Notes under the pieces: model-generated
What the model saw: only the letters and a program-made list of their open reading frames with translations
Database searches by the model: none
Told to the model about the DNA's origin: nothing
Translations under genes and position numbers: made by a program
From: an uncultured Spirochaetota bacterium
GTDB lineage: Bacteria; Spirochaetota; Spirochaetia; SZUA-6; Fen-1364
Reading direction: 5' to 3'
DNA: 64,000 bases
Assembly: GCA_963745235.1 (NCBI GenBank)
Contig: CAVUXE010000003.1
Location: 81,257-145,256 of the forward strand
Part shown: one piece after another, positions 41,382 to 50,450 of the stretch
How the letters are laid out: each line of letters begins with the position of its first letter
How positions within the stretch are numbered: position 1 is the first letter of the stretch

Positions 41382-42943
41382 CTGTGCTTCTCCGTGAATG
41401 GGCAATCTGCCCGGTCTGCCCGGCCCATGACGACATCCTCCGCGAATGCCGCGCAGGAGGGAGCGCCGCAGGAGCCGCAGTCCCTGCCGGGCAGGGAGCG
41501 CGTTTCCCCGTCTATGCGGGAGAGCTTCCGAATTGCCTCACCCATGGCGGCATCCAGCCTCAGGCCCGGACGCTGCGCGAAAGGCATTGCCCGCGCGGCG
41601 ACCCCCGCAGGCACGCCCGGCGTCGCAGGAACGGTCTGCCACATGCCGGCGAGCTCCGGCTGCGAGCCAAGGAGAGGGGATGCGGAGCATCCTCCCGCGC
41701 AGAAGCGAAGGTCCAGGACGGCCGCGCGGCCCAGCGCTCCGGTCTCAGCGCGGGAAAGGACCCTCATCACGCTGCGGGCACCGCTTGCAGCCAGCTCGCC
41801 GGGCTGCAGGGACGCGAGGGGGGGAACGGTGACACCCAGGGGGCGACGGACGGCAGGCTGGACGTCCAGAAGAGGCCGGATGGCTGCCTTCAAAGCAGCC
41901 GGAGAAACGACTGTCAGCCTTTCCGTGAGGCTGGACCGGGCGCACTCCCCGTATTGTCCCGGGCATGCGGCCACAAGGAATACTGGACGCAAAGGGAACT
42001 CCTCGCAGGCTGTTTCGGCTGGTGAATGAAAGACGCAAAGATTCGGAATGAGGGAGGGGAACCTGCTTTCGATCACCGCCGCAACAGGCGGACATAGCGG
42101 AGGGATTCGAGGGAGAGGGAGCTCCCGTGCCGCGGCTTCGCGCCGGGCCTCCGCCAGAAGCGACTCCTCCCACTCCTCGAGCAGCCTCATCTCGGTGAAC
42201 CCGAGCTCGCGCAGCGCGGAGAGAACCTGCTCCGGGGGGCGGATGCCGAAAAGGGCAGCGAGCAGCCCGCTGGGTGCAAGGAGAAGTGCGTCCGCCGGGA
42301 CACCCGGCAGGGGCGCGCGCGGGATGTCAAAGGCCCTGTCAGGGCACTCCTCGATGCACGCAGTGCAGCCGATGCACAGGTGCTCCAGGAGAACGGGGCG
42401 CCGGTCCCGGGCGCGAATTGCTCCCACGGGGCAGGCAAAGATGCATCTCCGGCAGCCTCTGCAGCGATCCGTGTCCACCACCAGGGGTGTTGACGAAACG
42501 GGAGCCTGTGCCGGAGAGGGCGAGCCCGTCCCGAAGAGAATCGTGGACCTGATGCGCGTGCCTCGGCCCACCCTGGTCTCGATCTGGAAATGGTCGCTGT
42601 TTCGACGGATATTCGGAAGGCCGAGGCCGGCTCCGAACCCCATCTGCCGGGCCTGCTCGGAGGCCGTGGACCAGCCCTCCTGCAAGGCAAGCTCGACATC
42701 GGGTATCCCCGGGCCCTCGTCAGCAACCTCCAGGTCGAGCTTCGTCTCATCCACGCGGGCCCACAGGGTGCCGGTGCGGGCGTGGATGACCACGTTCATC
42801 TCCGCTTCGTAGGCGGCAATCATTGCGCGTCGCAGGACGGAGGCATCCACGCCGAGCTTCGAAAGCTGCTCCTTGAGCTTCCGCGCCGCAAGGCCGGCGG
42901 AATCGAAGTCCCCTCCCGCAATTCGAAAGCTCAGCGTGATCAT
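41378..42943 (-). CDS. RsbT-like Ser/Thr kinase fused to 2x[4Fe-4S], a degenerate [FeFe]-hydrogenase domain and an FeS domain
   Basis: YEAEMNVVIHA, DEGPGIPDV, GFGAGLGLPNI; CRGCRRCIFACP/CIGCTACIEECP; LCPP, AACPG, CAGGC; LPGRDCGSCGAPSC. Confidence 0.85.
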   Translation of the reverse strand: MITLSFRIAGGDFDSAGLAARKLKEQLSKLGVDASVLRRAMIAAYEAEMNVVIHARTGTLWARVDETKLDLEVADEGPGIPDVELALQEGWSTASEQARQMGFGAGLGLPNIRRNSDHFQIETRVGRGTRIRSTILFGTGSPSPAQAPVSSTPLVVDTDRCRGCRRCIFACPVGAIRARDRRPVLLEHLCIGCTACIEECPDRAFDIPRAPLPGVPADALLLAPSGLLAALFGIRPPEQVLSALRELGFTEMRLLEEWEESLLAEARREAAARELPLPRIPPLCPPVAAVIESRFPSLIPNLCVFHSPAETACEEFPLRPVFLVAACPGQYGECARSSLTERLTVVSPAALKAAIRPLLDVQPAVRRPLGVTVPPLASLQPGELAASGARSVMRVLSRAETGALGRAAVLDLRFCAGGCSASPLLGSQPELAGMWQTVPATPGVPAGVAARAMPFAQRPGLRLDAAMGEAIRKLSRIDGETRSLPGRDCGSCGAPSCAAFAEDVVMGRADRADCPFTEKHR

Positions 42944-43293
42944 TGCGGCGGCACCTTCTCCGCGCCCAGGCACTGCGCGGCGCGCGCGCAAAGGTTTTCA
43001 CGGCTTGCCCGCGATACCAGGAGCGCGGCGCCGGCTTCGCGGGCGAGTGCCACGACCCCCGCGTCAGGTTCCTTTCCATCAGAAAGACAGATCCCCGGAA
43101 CGTCCATCAGCTCCGCCACCCGGATAAGCTGACCATTGGCAAGCGAGGTGATAAGAAGTGTGCCGGGACCGGCGTTTGCGATGAGGTCGCTCATTGTCGC
43201 TCCGCCGTAGACGCGGAGGACATCCGGGTTTGCCGGTCCGCTCGGGACGACCAGGCGGGCTTCGATGGCGCTAGCAAGCTGTTCGACCTTCAT
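42940..43293 (-). CDS. DRTGG-domain protein (first gene of the hydrogenase operon)
   Basis: MSDLIANAGPGTLLITSLAN...IRVAELMD; ATGA overlap with the next gene. Confidence 0.8.
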   Translation of the reverse strand: MKVEQLASAIEARLVVPSGPANPDVLRVYGGATMSDLIANAGPGTLLITSLANGQLIRVAELMDVPGICLSDGKEPDAGVVALAREAGAALLVSRASRENLCARAAQCLGAEKVPPQ

Positions 43294-43332
43294 GAAGCCT
43301 TGATCCAATTCGACAGGATCGCTTCGATATAT

Positions 43333-43349
43333 TGCAAGCGTTGTGCCAA
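43333..43349 (-). promoter_or_regulatory. sigma-54 (-24/-12) promoter
   Basis: Minus strand reads TTGGCACAACGCTTGCA (TGGCAC-N5-TTGC), ~40 bp upstream of the operon start. Confidence 0.85.
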
Positions 43350-43499
43350 TCGTGAATTCAGTCTCGATCAAGTTGGCGGGCTTCGAGATCGAAATATCAC
43401 AATGGGATCAAGTCTTTCCGCTGTAATGAGATGTGATCGTCAGGCTTCAGGGGGAATTCCGGCATTCAAAAAGGGCTAAACGTCCTCAGGCATCGTTTG

Positions 43500-43533
43500 T
43501 GGGCATATCTTGCACATGGGCGACTTATGCACA
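43500..43533. promoter_or_regulatory. two adjacent 17-bp imperfect palindromes, candidate enhancer (UAS) sites
   Basis: TGGGCATATCTTGCACA and TGGGCGACTTATGCACA (TGTGC-N7-GCCCA on minus strand), ~150-185 bp upstream of the -24 box. Confidence 0.6.
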
Positions 43534-43547
43534 CCCGGGCGCGTCAG

Positions 43548-45458
43548 CTAGTCTGCTCTGCCGAGGGCGTTCTGAACAGCGGAAATGAGGGCCTGAAGGC
43601 TGTGGGGCTTTTCTACAAGGCCAAGTGCGCCCTCGCGAAGGAGCTCCTGGGCGGAGCTGTCGATGACATGGCCAGTCGTGATGAGCACGCGCGCCTGGGG
43701 ACTGGCTTCCCTGAGAAGCCGCAGGCACTCCTTCCCGCCCATGCCCGGCATGACCAGGTCCAGCACCACCAGGTCGATGCCGATGCCATTTCCGAATCTC
43801 GCCAGGCCTTCCCTGCCGTCCCTGGCGGTAACCACCGCGTACCCGCAGCTTTCCAGCATCCGTGTGATCACCTGCCGCACCTGGGGATCATCATCGACAA
43901 CGAGGATGGTGCCGTGGCCGCGGGAGAAGCCCTGCTCTGAAGCTCCCTGCGGGGAGGTCCCGTCCGTCTGTTCGCTGCGCTCGCTCAGCGGCAGGAAGAG
44001 CTCAAACGTGGAGCCCTTTCCCGGAACGCTTGTCACCTCGATGAAGCCATTGTGGCTCGCGACGATTCCGTAGACCACGGCGAGCCCGAGCCCCGTGCCG
44101 CTGCGCACCGCCTTCGTGGTGACAAAGGGAATGAACAGTCTCTCGAGCATCTCCGGCGGCATTCCGACGCCCGTGTCGCGAACCGACAGCACGACATACT
44201 TTCCCGGCCGCCCGCTCACGTATTTTGCCGCCTCTTTCTCCGTCAGCTCCACCACGGACGTCCCGATGGTGAGAGTGCCGCCGGCAATTCCTTCCGCCCG
44301 CTCCATCATTGCATCCCGGGCGTTCAGGCAAAGATTGACAAGCACCTGGCTCATCTGGTTGGGATCAGCCTCGATATTCACGGCGTCGGGAGAGAAAGAC
44401 AGCTCGATGGCGATCTTTGGCGGAAAGGTCCTCTTGATGAGCTGCCACGTCTCACGGGCGATGTTGTTCAACGACACGGTCTGGCGCGTCCCCGGTGACT
44501 GCCGGGTGAAGAGGCGAAGCTGGCGGGTCAGCGCGGCGCCGCGGTCCACCGCGGCCCGCACCTGGATCAGGTCCTCGTACATCACGGTATCCCGCGGCGC
44601 TTCGATCAGGAGAAGCTCCATGTAGCCGTTGATGGCGGTGAGGAGGTTGTTGAAGTCGTGGGCGATCCCGCCGGCCAGCATTCCCAGGGCGTCCATCTTC
44701 TGGACCTGGAGGATCTGGGCCTGGAGTCTCTTGCGCTCGGTGATGTCGACCACGGAGGACATCAGGCCAATGGCCCTGCTTTCCTCGTTTCTGACCACGG
44801 AAGCGGACAGCTCCACGCTGAACACGACGCCGTCCTTGCGGCGCGCCACAAGCTCCCCCCGCCACCCCCCCGAGCGGGGAAGGAGCTGCACGATGTCGCG
44901 AGCTTTTTCCCCGACCCAGATGTCTCCCATGGGAGCGCCGATGGCTTCGGCGGCGGACGCGTAGCCCCACATCTGCAGGAACGCGGAGTTCACCCACGTG
45001 ATCTTCCCGTCAAGGTCCGCCAGCACGATCCCGTTGATCGAGGTATTGATGGCGTGATTCTTGATGAAGAGCTCCTGGCTCTGGCTTTCCAACGCGGCGG
45101 AGAGCGCGTGACGCAGCTGTTCCTGGTCCGTGAGAATCTGCTGCTCGCGGGATTTCATGAAACCTGCAAGAAGCGCCTCAATGAAGGCGTCGGCGGCCGT
45201 GAGCGATTCCTGATTCCGCAGCCGCGTGCTGAGAAGCAGGATCGTTCTTTCGCCGAGTCCCTCCCTGGCAAGCTTCTGGCCGACCCCGGACGGGTCGGCA
45301 GCCGGGTCCTTTTCGATGAACCCGAGGAAAGAGCCCGCAAGCTCCTGTCCGATCTCCAGAAGACGGCGCGGATGCAGGGAATACCGGTTCTCGAACGCCG
45401 ATTCACGCAGGCTCGAGCCGAGTGCATCCCCAAGAGTCTTCAGAGCGGACTCGGTCAT
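43548..45458 (-). CDS. hybrid histidine kinase (helical N-domain-PAS-HisKA-HATPase-REC)
   Basis: AGGIAHDFNNLL, NARDAM, GTGLGL, VVLDLVMP...EKP. Confidence 0.92.
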   Translation of the reverse strand: MTESALKTLGDALGSSLRESAFENRYSLHPRRLLEIGQELAGSFLGFIEKDPAADPSGVGQKLAREGLGERTILLLSTRLRNQESLTAADAFIEALLAGFMKSREQQILTDQEQLRHALSAALESQSQELFIKNHAINTSINGIVLADLDGKITWVNSAFLQMWGYASAAEAIGAPMGDIWVGEKARDIVQLLPRSGGWRGELVARRKDGVVFSVELSASVVRNEESRAIGLMSSVVDITERKRLQAQILQVQKMDALGMLAGGIAHDFNNLLTAINGYMELLLIEAPRDTVMYEDLIQVRAAVDRGAALTRQLRLFTRQSPGTRQTVSLNNIARETWQLIKRTFPPKIAIELSFSPDAVNIEADPNQMSQVLVNLCLNARDAMMERAEGIAGGTLTIGTSVVELTEKEAAKYVSGRPGKYVVLSVRDTGVGMPPEMLERLFIPFVTTKAVRSGTGLGLAVVYGIVASHNGFIEVTSVPGKGSTFELFLPLSERSEQTDGTSPQGASEQGFSRGHGTILVVDDDPQVRQVITRMLESCGYAVVTARDGREGLARFGNGIGIDLVVLDLVMPGMGGKECLRLLREASPQARVLITTGHVIDSSAQELLREGALGLVEKPHSLQALISAVQNALGRAD

Positions 45459-46249
45459 TTTTCCAGAATGACGCCCTGCATGGTCACGGAGTCCTGTTTC
45501 ATCGTTTCTTCCTCAACGGCCGTCTTCATGCCGATCCACTCTTCCAGGGGCAGGAAGCCGGGCTCCCTCACTCTCCATGGCCGTATCAGCTGCTGGAGAG
45601 TATCCAGGGGTCGGAACCTCATGGGTTGGCCGAGCCCCTTGTAGATGTTGAAGATCTCCTGCAGCGTGGGTGATATGGCCTCTCCCTGCAGGCACATGTC
45701 GCAGAGGAAGAGCCGGGAACCCGCATCCGCCCAGTCGTAGAGGGCTTTCATTGCATGGCCGATGGCATCGTCACTCAGAAAAAACGCGACTCCGTTGATG
45801 CCGAACGCGATCCTTCGGCTGGTTCCGAAAAACTCCGTGACCACGGGCGCGCCCAGGAGATCCTCCGGCGTGCCCACGTTGCAGGCGACGTAGCGTGCGT
45901 TGGGGTTGTCCTTCAGTATTTCCTGCCCGTACGCGACGGTGACGGGGTCGATGTCGGAATAGATGACCTTCGTGCCCGCCGGGGTGATCTGGTGGATGTG
46001 ATCGATTGTCGGCAGTCCCGAGGCAAAATCGATGAACTGGGTGTATCCATCCGCCGCGAGCCGTCTCACCGCCTCGCCAAGGAACCAGCGGATGAGCCGG
46101 AGAACTTTCGGGAGAAAAGGTGCCTGCTTGAGGACTTGCTGGGTCGCCTGTCTGTCCACGTCGAAATTGTGGTTTCCTCCCAGCATGAAGTCGTACATCC
46201 GGCCGGCGTTGGGCTTGCTCGAATCAGCGATTGACGCGTACTCAGGCAT
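45455..46249 (-). CDS. SAM-dependent methyltransferase (Methyltransf_19-like)
   Basis: PNAGRMYDFMLGGNHNFDVDR, QFIDFASGLPT, VIYSDIDP. Confidence 0.85.
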   Translation of the reverse strand: MPEYASIADSSKPNAGRMYDFMLGGNHNFDVDRQATQQVLKQAPFLPKVLRLIRWFLGEAVRRLAADGYTQFIDFASGLPTIDHIHQITPAGTKVIYSDIDPVTVAYGQEILKDNPNARYVACNVGTPEDLLGAPVVTEFFGTSRRIAFGINGVAFFLSDDAIGHAMKALYDWADAGSRLFLCDMCLQGEAISPTLQEIFNIYKGLGQPMRFRPLDTLQQLIRPWRVREPGFLPLEEWIGMKTAVEEETMKQDSVTMQGVILEK

Positions 46250-46324
46250 TGTGACTCCTCTTCCCCTCTCTCCAGTATCATCGCGGAAAAGGGGGCCCAT
46301 AGCAAGGTTCGCCGCACCTGGATG

Positions 46325-46351
46325 AAAAAGGCGGCGTCCGGCGTGGCCGCC
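46325..46351 (-). terminator. intrinsic terminator after the REC-FapA gene
   Basis: Minus strand GGCGGC-N10-GCCGCC-TTTTT. Confidence 0.6.
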
Positions 46352-46384
46352 CCGGGGGACAGGGTCACACGCGCGCGGCTGGAA

Positions 46385-48112
46385 TCAAGCTCTGCCCAGA
46401 CGCTGCGGGGTTATCACGTTGGAAGTCCTGTCCAGGACCAGGCGTACTCCGCTCATCGACTGGGCAACCGCGAAAGGCACATGGCAGAGCTCCACGAGCA
46501 CGCCACGGTGGATCTCCCCTGCTGCCGCGACAGTGGATTCCTTGTTCTTGTCCAGCAAGGCAGCAAGGCCTTTCGCGGAATCGCTCATCTTGTGCATTGC
46601 GGTCTTCAGATTGTCACGAGCCTGGAGAAGGTGCGGGTCCCCCTGCCCCCGAGCGGCAAGCCTGGCCTCCACGTCCTTGAGCGCGAGGCCGAGCTCCGCG
46701 TTCTTGTCCTTGATCCAGGCAAGCTTCTGCTGAACCCGGGAGTCTTCACCGCAGCAGATCTCGGTTCGAACGCCCGCGGGGCTTCCGATCTGGAAGGCGG
46801 TGACTCCTTTGACCGCATCGATCCTGCCGCCGATGATCACGCCCTTCGGCCCCGTGCAGACCGCACCGAGGGCCTTGATGGCTGAATTGAGGCAACCGGT
46901 GGTCAAAAGCACATCCCCCCCGGCCTCAACGGAGCAGTTCTCTATGAACTTGGCGCGGACCCGTCCGCCAACCTTCACAATGCTGCCCGGCCTTCCCAGG
47001 ATTCCCTGGTCCGTCTCCAGGTCGCCGCCGCAGGAAATCTCCGAGGCGTCGATGGTCCTGGCGCACGTGAGGGACCCTCCCGCCTTCACATTGAAGCCCT
47101 GCTTTATCTGGCCCCGCACGATGACGTCGCCGGGGAAGTCGATGTGCCCCGTTGAATAGTCCACGTCGCCGGAGATCTCCAGCACCTCGCTTACCCAGAA
47201 GGAATCCTCACCCAGCACGAACTTCCCGTCACACCCGGCCACTACCGAGTCCCCCTGAGCCAGGGTGTTCTTGCCCGGTCGAAGCGTCGCGCACGCGGTC
47301 CGGCCGTAGGCGACGGCGGCCCCTGTGACGTCGACACCGGCTGCGCCCTCCGTGCGGGGAGATACCCGCGCAAGGATGTCGCCTTTCTTGACGAGCTGGA
47401 AGGGGCTGAGCGCCTTGAAATCGATTGCCCTCGTCTCCGAGCTCTCGGGGGCCGCCTTCGTGAGCAGCGAGGGCTCGACGTCCAGGTGACGGTCGACCTC
47501 GTTCGAAGGCTTCTGGCCGTGCGCTATCTCTCTGTCGACGAGCGCCGTGCGCGACGTGTTGCAGGAAAGGATCGAAGAATTGACCAGGTCCCAGTCGATT
47601 CCGAAACGCACGCCTTTTGCCGTCAGAAGATCGCGCACTTCATCAAGCTCGATCCGCCCCGCGCCCGCGGCCGGGGCAGAGAAGCTGGCGACCGCGGTCA
47701 TGCGATCGTCGGAGATCCGCACCTCGACGCGGCGCTCCGGGCCTCCTGCTCTCTTCTGCTCCCGGGACCGGCTGAGCGCCATCTTCACCGTCGCTTCCAG
47801 CGACCTTTCTTCGATGGGCTTGAGAACGAACCCGAAGGGCTCTGTGGGAGTGTCGGAGAGGGAGCTCAGATGGACCGCGGGTATGCCGGTGGAATCCCTG
47901 ATCAGGCGCGCGGCATCCGTCCCGCTCATCGCGCCCGAAAGGTGCGCGCCAATGAGGACCAGGTCCGCCGCCAGGGTGACGGATTTTTCCGCGGCCTCCT
48001 CACCGGTGGCAAGAACGTCCGGGACCTCGTAGCCCAGTCTTTCCAGGCAGTCCTTGATAGCGAGTGCGACAGGTTCTTCGGCTTCAACGACGAGGATCCG
48101 GGCGCGGTCCAT
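46385..48112 (-). CDS. pseudo-receiver fused to FapA/DUF342
   Basis: N-terminal REC fold (RILVVEAE, DLVLIG, LKP); VKKGDILA, GVDVTG, GDVDYSTGHIDFPGDV, GVIIGG beta-helix. Confidence 0.85.
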   Translation of the reverse strand: MDRARILVVEAEEPVALAIKDCLERLGYEVPDVLATGEEAAEKSVTLAADLVLIGAHLSGAMSGTDAARLIRDSTGIPAVHLSSLSDTPTEPFGFVLKPIEERSLEATVKMALSRSREQKRAGGPERRVEVRISDDRMTAVASFSAPAAGAGRIELDEVRDLLTAKGVRFGIDWDLVNSSILSCNTSRTALVDREIAHGQKPSNEVDRHLDVEPSLLTKAAPESSETRAIDFKALSPFQLVKKGDILARVSPRTEGAAGVDVTGAAVAYGRTACATLRPGKNTLAQGDSVVAGCDGKFVLGEDSFWVSEVLEISGDVDYSTGHIDFPGDVIVRGQIKQGFNVKAGGSLTCARTIDASEISCGGDLETDQGILGRPGSIVKVGGRVRAKFIENCSVEAGGDVLLTTGCLNSAIKALGAVCTGPKGVIIGGRIDAVKGVTAFQIGSPAGVRTEICCGEDSRVQQKLAWIKDKNAELGLALKDVEARLAARGQGDPHLLQARDNLKTAMHKMSDSAKGLAALLDKNKESTVAAAGEIHRGVLVELCHVPFAVAQSMSGVRLVLDRTSNVITPQRLGRA

Positions 48113-48163
48113 GTGGCTCGACGCCTCCCGCTGCACCAAGCGTACCATCCGGGGCCCGCTTTT

Positions 48164-49557
48164 TCAGCCCCTGTAGCTCTCCCGCTCAAGCCCGTACTTC
48201 TTCATGCGCTCGTACAGCGCGCGCCGGGAGATGCCCAGGGACTGCCACGTTGCGTTGATTTCCCCCTTGTGGTCCTTCAGCGCCGCTTCGATGACTCTTC
48301 GCTCCACTTTCTCCAGCTCGTCGCGAAGGAGGCCCTCTCCCGGGGGGACCGAGAGGAGCCTGCCGGCATCGCCCATCATATCGGGAGAAAAACCTCCCGC
48401 CGTCCCGTCGCGGGAGGTGATCACCATCCGCTCCACGGCGTTCTTCAGCTCCCGCACGTTCCCGGGCCACGGGTAGCGCACCATGTCTGCAAGGGTCGCT
48501 TCCGGCACCGCGGGGACAGGAATGCCGTTCCTGTCTGAGGCCAGCTTGAGGAAGTGAGACGCCAGGAGCGTGATGTCTTCCGCTCTTTCCCGAAGGGGAG
48601 GAACGCGGATGCAGAGCACCATGATCCTGTGATAGAAGTCCTCCCGGATGGCCCCGGCTCTGACCTCCTCCGAGAGCTCCACGTTGGAAGCGCACACGAG
48701 CCTGATGTCGACCTTGCGCGGCTTGTCGCTGCCCAGGGCCTCCACGACTCCGTCGTCCAGCACGCGCAGGAGCTGCACTTGCGCGCGGGCGGAGATCGTC
48801 TCTATCTCATCAAGGAGGAGCGTGCCCCCGGATGCCATGACGAGCTTGCCCTCCCGCTGCTCCACCGCCCCCGTGAAAGAGCCCTTGGCGTGGCCGAAGA
48901 GCTCGCTTTCCAGCATGGTCTCGGGAAGGGCGCCCGCGTTCACCGGCACGAACGGGCCGTTGGACCGACGGCTCTGCGCGTGGATTGCCCGGGCAACCAG
49001 CTCCTTGCCGGCCCCTGTCTCTCCCAGGAGGAGCACCGGCACATCCGAGCGGGCAGCCGCCTCCACCTGGGCATAGACTTCCTGGATTGCCCGGCTGCGC
49101 CCTATCATGCCGAACCTGCCGTCCTCCCCGGGGAGCACAGCCGCAGCCGGCGCCGCAGGTCCCGCGCCTCACGGACCAGCCGGCTCTTCTCCACCGCCTT
49201 GGCAACGTAGGCCAGGAGGACGTCGTCGTCAAACGGCTTTTCCGCGAAATCGAAGGCGCCCGCTTTCAGGCAGCGCACCGCCATGGCGATGTCGCCATGC
49301 CCGGTGATCATGACAACAGGAGGCGCCGCGGCCATGGCCGTGATGTGCGCAAGGAACTCCTCCCCGTCCATTCCCGGCATCTTCACATCCGTTATGATGC
49401 ACATGGCCTCCGGCAGGCCGGGCCATGCCAGCGCGGCTTCCGCGGAGGAGAAGACCTCCGGCTGCCACCCGCGAAGGCGGAGCATCTGCCCGATGGAGTG
49501 CCGCGCGGCCTCGTCATCATCTATCACGACGATTGTCGAGCCTTCCTGCCCTGCCAT
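48164..49557 (-). CDS. sigma-54-dependent response regulator (DctD/NtrC-like bEBP; frameshift ~49135)
   Basis: REC (TDVKMP, TGHG, EKP), [38 protein letters not shown], Fis-type HTH. Confidence 0.92.
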
Positions 49558-50450
49558 CAGTTTCCGCCCCCCATCGCGTTCCGCCGGGCGCCGGGCAGGC
49601 GGATGCGGAACGTTGCACCCGTTCCGGGGGCCCCGGCGGCCTCGATCTCCCCCTTGTGGTCCTTGATGATGGCGCGGGAGATGGAAAGCCCGAGGCCGTG
49701 GCCTCCCTTGCGCGTCGTGTAGAAGGGCTGGAAGAGCTTCCGTGCCTGCTCTTCCGAGAAGCCTTTGCCCGTGTCGCGGATCTCGATCACCACGGGCAGC
49801 TCGGGTGTTCCGTCTCGCCGGCTTGTGACGCTGAGGCGCCTGTCTGCCGCGCCGTCCATGGCCTGGCGGGCGTTGGTGAGCAGGTTGAGGAAGACCTGGG
49901 CAAGCCTGATCCTGTCTCCCCAGACCGGAGGCAGGTCGGGCTCCAGGGAAAGGGAGAGCTCCACCTCGGAAAGCTTCATCTGGGGGACCAGGAACTCCAT
50001 GCACTCCCGCAGGACTCCGTTGATTTCCAGGATGGAGAAGGTAGTGTCCGACCTGCGGGTGAGCTCCCGCATCTGGTTGATGATCCGTGCCGCCCTGTCC
50101 ACCTGCTCCGAGATGAGGCGGAGGTTGCCCTTCACCTCCTCTTCGCTGCCTGCCTTTTTCTCGATCATGTAGAAGGCGTTGCGGGCATAGTTCCTGATGC
50201 CCGTCAGGGGCTGGTTGAGCTCGTGAGAGATCGAGGCAGCCATCTCCCCCAGCTCTGCCAGCCGCGTGGAATGCTCAAGCTGCTCTTCCTGCCTTCGACC
50301 CAGCTCGGAGAGCTCCCCCAGCTTCTCCTCGCTCTCGTGGCAGTCGCGGCGGGCGCGCGCAAGCGAACGGGAGAGTGAGGCGGCGCGGACGGACAGGACG
50401 ATGATCACCGTGACGGCCGCGAACAGGAGACTGAGAATGATTGCGCTCAG
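49557..50450 (-). CDS. DctB-like histidine kinase with a single TM and no sensor domain (start uncertain)
   Basis: LGEMAASISHELNQPL, LAQVFLNLLTNA, DTGKG, GLGLSIS; the inverted copy has ATG at the equivalent codon. Confidence 0.85.
   Translation of the reverse strand: MSAIILSLLFAAVTVIIVLSVRAASLSRSLARARRDCHESEEKLGELSELGRRQEEQLEHSTRLAELGEMAASISHELNQPLTGIRNYARNAFYMIEKKAGSEEEVKGNLRLISEQVDRAARIINQMRELTRRSDTTFSILEINGVLRECMEFLVPQMKLSEVELSLSLEPDLPPVWGDRIRLAQVFLNLLTNARQAMDGAADRRLSVTSRRDGTPELPVVIEIRDTGKGFSEEQARKLFQPFYTTRKGGHGLGLSISRAIIKDHKGEIEAAGAPGTGATFRIRLPGARRNAMGGGN

Noticed and set aside
29338-43293. Missing hydEFG maturases as a sign of an inactive hydrogenase
   Set aside because: Maturase genes are commonly unlinked; this cannot be judged from one window.
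43350-43500. Rex or IHF site upstream of the hydrogenase operon
   Set aside because: Only half-site matches (e.g. ATCACAA, GATCAA); no full TTGTGAA-N4-TTCACAA or WATCAA-N4-TTR.
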